Origin: Lama guanicoe
Taxonomy: Eukaryota
Reading direction: 5' to 3'
Length of the DNA stretch: 64,000 bases
Assembly (NCBI GenBank): GCA_013239625.1
Contig: MU054187.1
Location: 2,117,757 to 2,181,756, forward strand
Below the pieces are notes generated by a model. That model had not been told where the DNA came from. It did not search any database and saw only the letters and a program-made list of their open reading frames with translations. Every line of letters begins with the position of its first letter. Position 1 is the first letter of the stretch. A program made the translations under genes and the position numbers. This document shows positions 60,655-64,000 of the stretch, piece after piece.

Positions 60655-62770
60655 AACCTTTCTTGGAATTACCACTTCATTCAGATATAATTCATATAAC
60701 ATACAATTCAGTAAATTTAGAACACTTTCATCGCCCCCCAGAAGAAAGCCACACTCCAGCCTCAGCCCAGTTCCCTCACTTCCATAAGCTCTCGGTGACA
60801 ACCAGCCTACACCCTGGCTCAAAAGATTTGCACATTCTGAGCATTTCACATAAACGGAGTCATATGATATTCGGTCTTTTGTGACTGGCTCTTTCATTTG
60901 GTTTAATGTTTCGAGGTTTATCCATGTTTCAGTGTCGCTACTTTTCTTTTTATTTCTGAATAATAGTTTATTCAATGGATGCATCACATTTTATTCAGCC
61001 ATTGGTCTGTTCATGGGCATTTAGGCTGTTCCCACTTTTTGGCTATTATGCATAATGTCGCTATGAACATGTTCTCTGTGCTGGTTTTTGTGTGGACATG
61101 TTTTCGTTTATTTTGGGTATATACCTAAGAGTTGAATTGCTGGGTCATAGGATAACCTTATGATTAAATTTTTGAAGACTTGCGAGACTTTTTTCCAAAG
61201 CGGCTGCACCATCATGCATTCTCACTAGTTTCGTATGAGGGTCCCAATTTCTTTCATCTTCATTGTCACTTGTCGTCCTCTGCTTGATTACAGCCATCCA
61301 AGTAGCAGTGAAATGATATCCTGCTGTGGCTGTGACTTGTGCTGCCCTGGTCACTAAGGATGTTGAGCACGTTTTCATGTGATTACCAGCCATTGCTGTA
61401 TCTACTTCAGAGAAATGCTTATTCAGATCCTTTCCTCATTTCTTAGTTGGGTTATTTGCCTTTTTTTATTGAGTTGTAGGGGTTCTTTCTTTAGTTTAGA
61501 TACCAGTCCCTTATCAGACACATACTTTGCAAAAATTTTCTCTCATTTTAAGGGTTATCTTTTCGTTTTTTTGATAGTGCTATTTGTATGTCAGAGGTTT
61601 TAATTTTGATAATATCCAATTTGTCTATTTTTTTTCTTTTGTTGCTTGTGGTTTTAGCATCATACCCAAGAAATCATCACTTACTCCAAGGTCAACTGAG
61701 ACTTAAGTCTATATGTTTTCTTCTAAGACTTTTGTAGTATTAGCTCTTACAGTTAGTCTTTTGATCCATTTTGAATTAATTTTTGTATACGGTTAGAAGC
61801 AGGGTTTCAACTCAGTTCTTTTGCATGTGGATATCCAGTTGTCTCAGAGTCATTTGTTGAAAACACTATTCTTACTCTATTGTATTGTCTTGGCACTCTT
61901 GATGAAATGCAGTTAACTACGAATGTAATGTGAGGTTTACTTCTGGACTCTCAGTTCTAGTCTATTGATCTATGTGAGTCCTTACACCATCACCATGTTG
62001 TTTTGATTACTGAAACTTTGTAGTAAGTTTTGTACTTGTGAAGTGTAAGTTCTGCAATGTTGTTCTTTTTCAACATCTTTTTGACTATTGGGGGTCCTTT
62101 GAATTCCCATATGAATTGTATGATCAGCTGGTCAGTTTCTGGAAAGAAGCCAGTCAGGATTGTCGTAGGGATTGCATTAAACCTACAGGTCAATTTGTCA
62201 TCTTAACAACATGAAGTCTTTGAACCCATTCACCTGGGATGTCCCTCTACTTTTTTTAGGTCTGCTTTAATTTCTTTTAACAGTGCTTTGCAATTTTCAG
62301 AGTACAACTTTTCACATTGTTTAAAAAAAAGTTATTCTTAAGCATTTTATTCCAGATGCTATTTTAAATGACATTTTCCTTCATTTTAGTTTTGGTTTGC
62401 ACGTCGCTGCTGTATGGAAACACAGCTGATTTTCATGTATTGACCACGCATTCTGCACCCCTGCTGAACCCGTCTCCTAGTCCTAACAGTTTTTTAGTAA
62501 ACATGTTAAGATGTTTATATACACAAGATCATGTCATCTGCAAATAGAGATGGTTTTACTTCTTCCTTCCCAGTCTGGGTGCCTTTTATTTCTTTCCTTG
62601 CTAATTTCCTGGCTAGAACGTCCAGTGCAGTGTTGCACACAGGGGGCTAGAGCAAGCTTCTGTCCTATCCCTGACGTAAGGGGACGTAGTAAGTAGCTTT
62701 GAGTTTTTTCCAGATGCCTTTTATCAAGTTGAGGAAGTTCCCTTCTATTTCTAGTTTGTTGAGTATAGCC
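60655..62770 (-). mobile_element. L1 (L1MB-like) 3' UTR and ORF2
   Basis: ORF track HMKTCSTSLVTR..., RFNAIP...LI.QFIW...YKTYYK are L1 ORF2 motifs; classic antisense 3' UTR text at 60660-61150. Confidence 0.9.
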
Positions 62771-62889
62771 CTAAAATCTTAATGGAGAATGAACAATAAT
62801 AAGTCACTATTTTTTATTTTATGTTTATTTGAACTTTCCTCCTTTAAATTTACATAAATGGCTAGGGAGTGATTCCCACCCCCCCACAT

Positions 62890-63850
62890 TTCCTCCCGTT
62901 TGCTCGTCACGGAAAACCTGCAAGGCTGCTCAGAAAGCGGAGGCGGAGGCCGAAGACGTGTGAAGTCTGTGTGCGAACCGCGCGAGGTCGCAGTGCGGGG
63001 CCGCGGGATGCTTGCGCCTCCCGGGGCTTCCAGGGCGGGACGGGGCGCAGCCGGCGCCGCGCTGTGGGATCCAACGCTGCGCCGCGTGCGCGCGCGGGGA
63101 GGGTAACCGCCCTGCCCTCCGCAGCGGCCGCATTGCCTCCACGTGATGGCGCCGCCTCAGCAGCGAAGCCGCTTGATGAGTTCTTCCCAGTGAGGAAATG
63201 AGCTTGGTAGGGCGCACTGGGTAAACCTTCATTATGCATGGGCGGTTTAATCGGTTTGGGGTTTTTAACTTTTGTTTTTCACTCCTCTTTTCCTTTTTTT
63301 TTTTAATGGAATAGAGCATTTTAAAAGCTTGTTGATAAGTAAACATTTGTTTGAAGCAAAACTTCCCTTCTCTCTCAGTTAATCTGGAAATTGAGCAACT
63401 GAAAACAAGACGTGAATGAGCAAGATGTGACATTAGACTAGCCCAGCGCATCACTGCACCAGTTGAAGACACAAAGCCCGCGCAGGGCCAGGGCAGACAG
63501 AGCCGGGTCGGCACAGCAGCCGAGGCCAAATCTGCCTGAGGGACGCGAGGCAGTTCAAGAGAAGTGCGGCATCAGCTGCGACAGGAATTAATGAAACCGC
63601 AAGCCGCTGGGTACCAGCTGAGAATGGGGCAGGTCCAGACAGTCTCCAGGCCGAACCCCGGGGGCTCAGAGGCCTCGGGGCTCCCCTCGCGGCCTCCTTG
63701 GTTGGTCCAGGCACAGCGGGACGCTGAGCGCCCACTGAGCGGGACCAGCCGATGCGGCCCCGAGCGCGCCCGGCGGGGGAGGCGCCCGGGGGGGAGGGGG
63801 GAACAGCGCTCAGGAGCCCCTGTACCTGGGGTCCGGGAACGAGGGTCTTT
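62890..63850. promoter_or_regulatory. Orphan CpG island with promoter-type motifs
   Basis: Dense CpG at 62930-63175 and 63480-63840; GC boxes, tgcgcgcgc run, and E-box CACGTG (63140) abutting GATGGCGCC; no recognisable coding ORF. Confidence 0.75.
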
Positions 63851-64000
63851 GTGAGCAAAGTCTTTGGGGAGAAAATAATTAGCAACATCTGGTGAAAAAT
63901 CTCAACAGTTACAAACCTCTGCCCTAACAAGGAAGAACACAGGTTGAAAAGGAAGAGAAAGCTTCAATGAGTTGTTCTAAGGAGAGGTCTGCTTGCCCAT

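Noticed and set aside
62930..63930. 199-aa and 159-aa minus-strand ORFs at the distal CpG island, or OPRK1 exons
   Set aside because: Low-complexity GC-driven frames; no opioid-receptor or other recognisable motifs.

Overview
Mammalian genomic DNA, most likely camelid (inferred from seven copies of a tRNA-derived SINE resembling the camelid Vic-1 type; not verified by search). The only protein-coding gene I can support is NPBWR1 (GPR7, neuropeptide B/W receptor 1): a single coding exon at 32547-33536 (+), 329 aa, inside a ~3.4 kb CpG island, probably with a non-coding first exon. The rest is intergenic and repeat-rich (L1, L2, MIR, MER20, MaLR and ERV1-type LTRs, SINEs), with two CpG islands that have no recognisable gene (23.3-24.5 kb and 62.9-63.85 kb). 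I found no convincing novel multi-gene system. The most interesting observations are (i) a SINE copy at the 23.3 kb island with 10 AT->GC versus 1 GC->AT changes relative to its in-window siblings, suggesting an island built by GC-biased gene conversion; (ii) a young internal L1 ORF2 fragment with no 3' UTR or poly(A) but a 12-16 bp target-site duplication; (iii) a twin-primed L1; and (iv) a consensus CTCF site and a stop-free in-frame leader at NPBWR1. Repeat boundaries and subfamily names are approximate and were read by eye.
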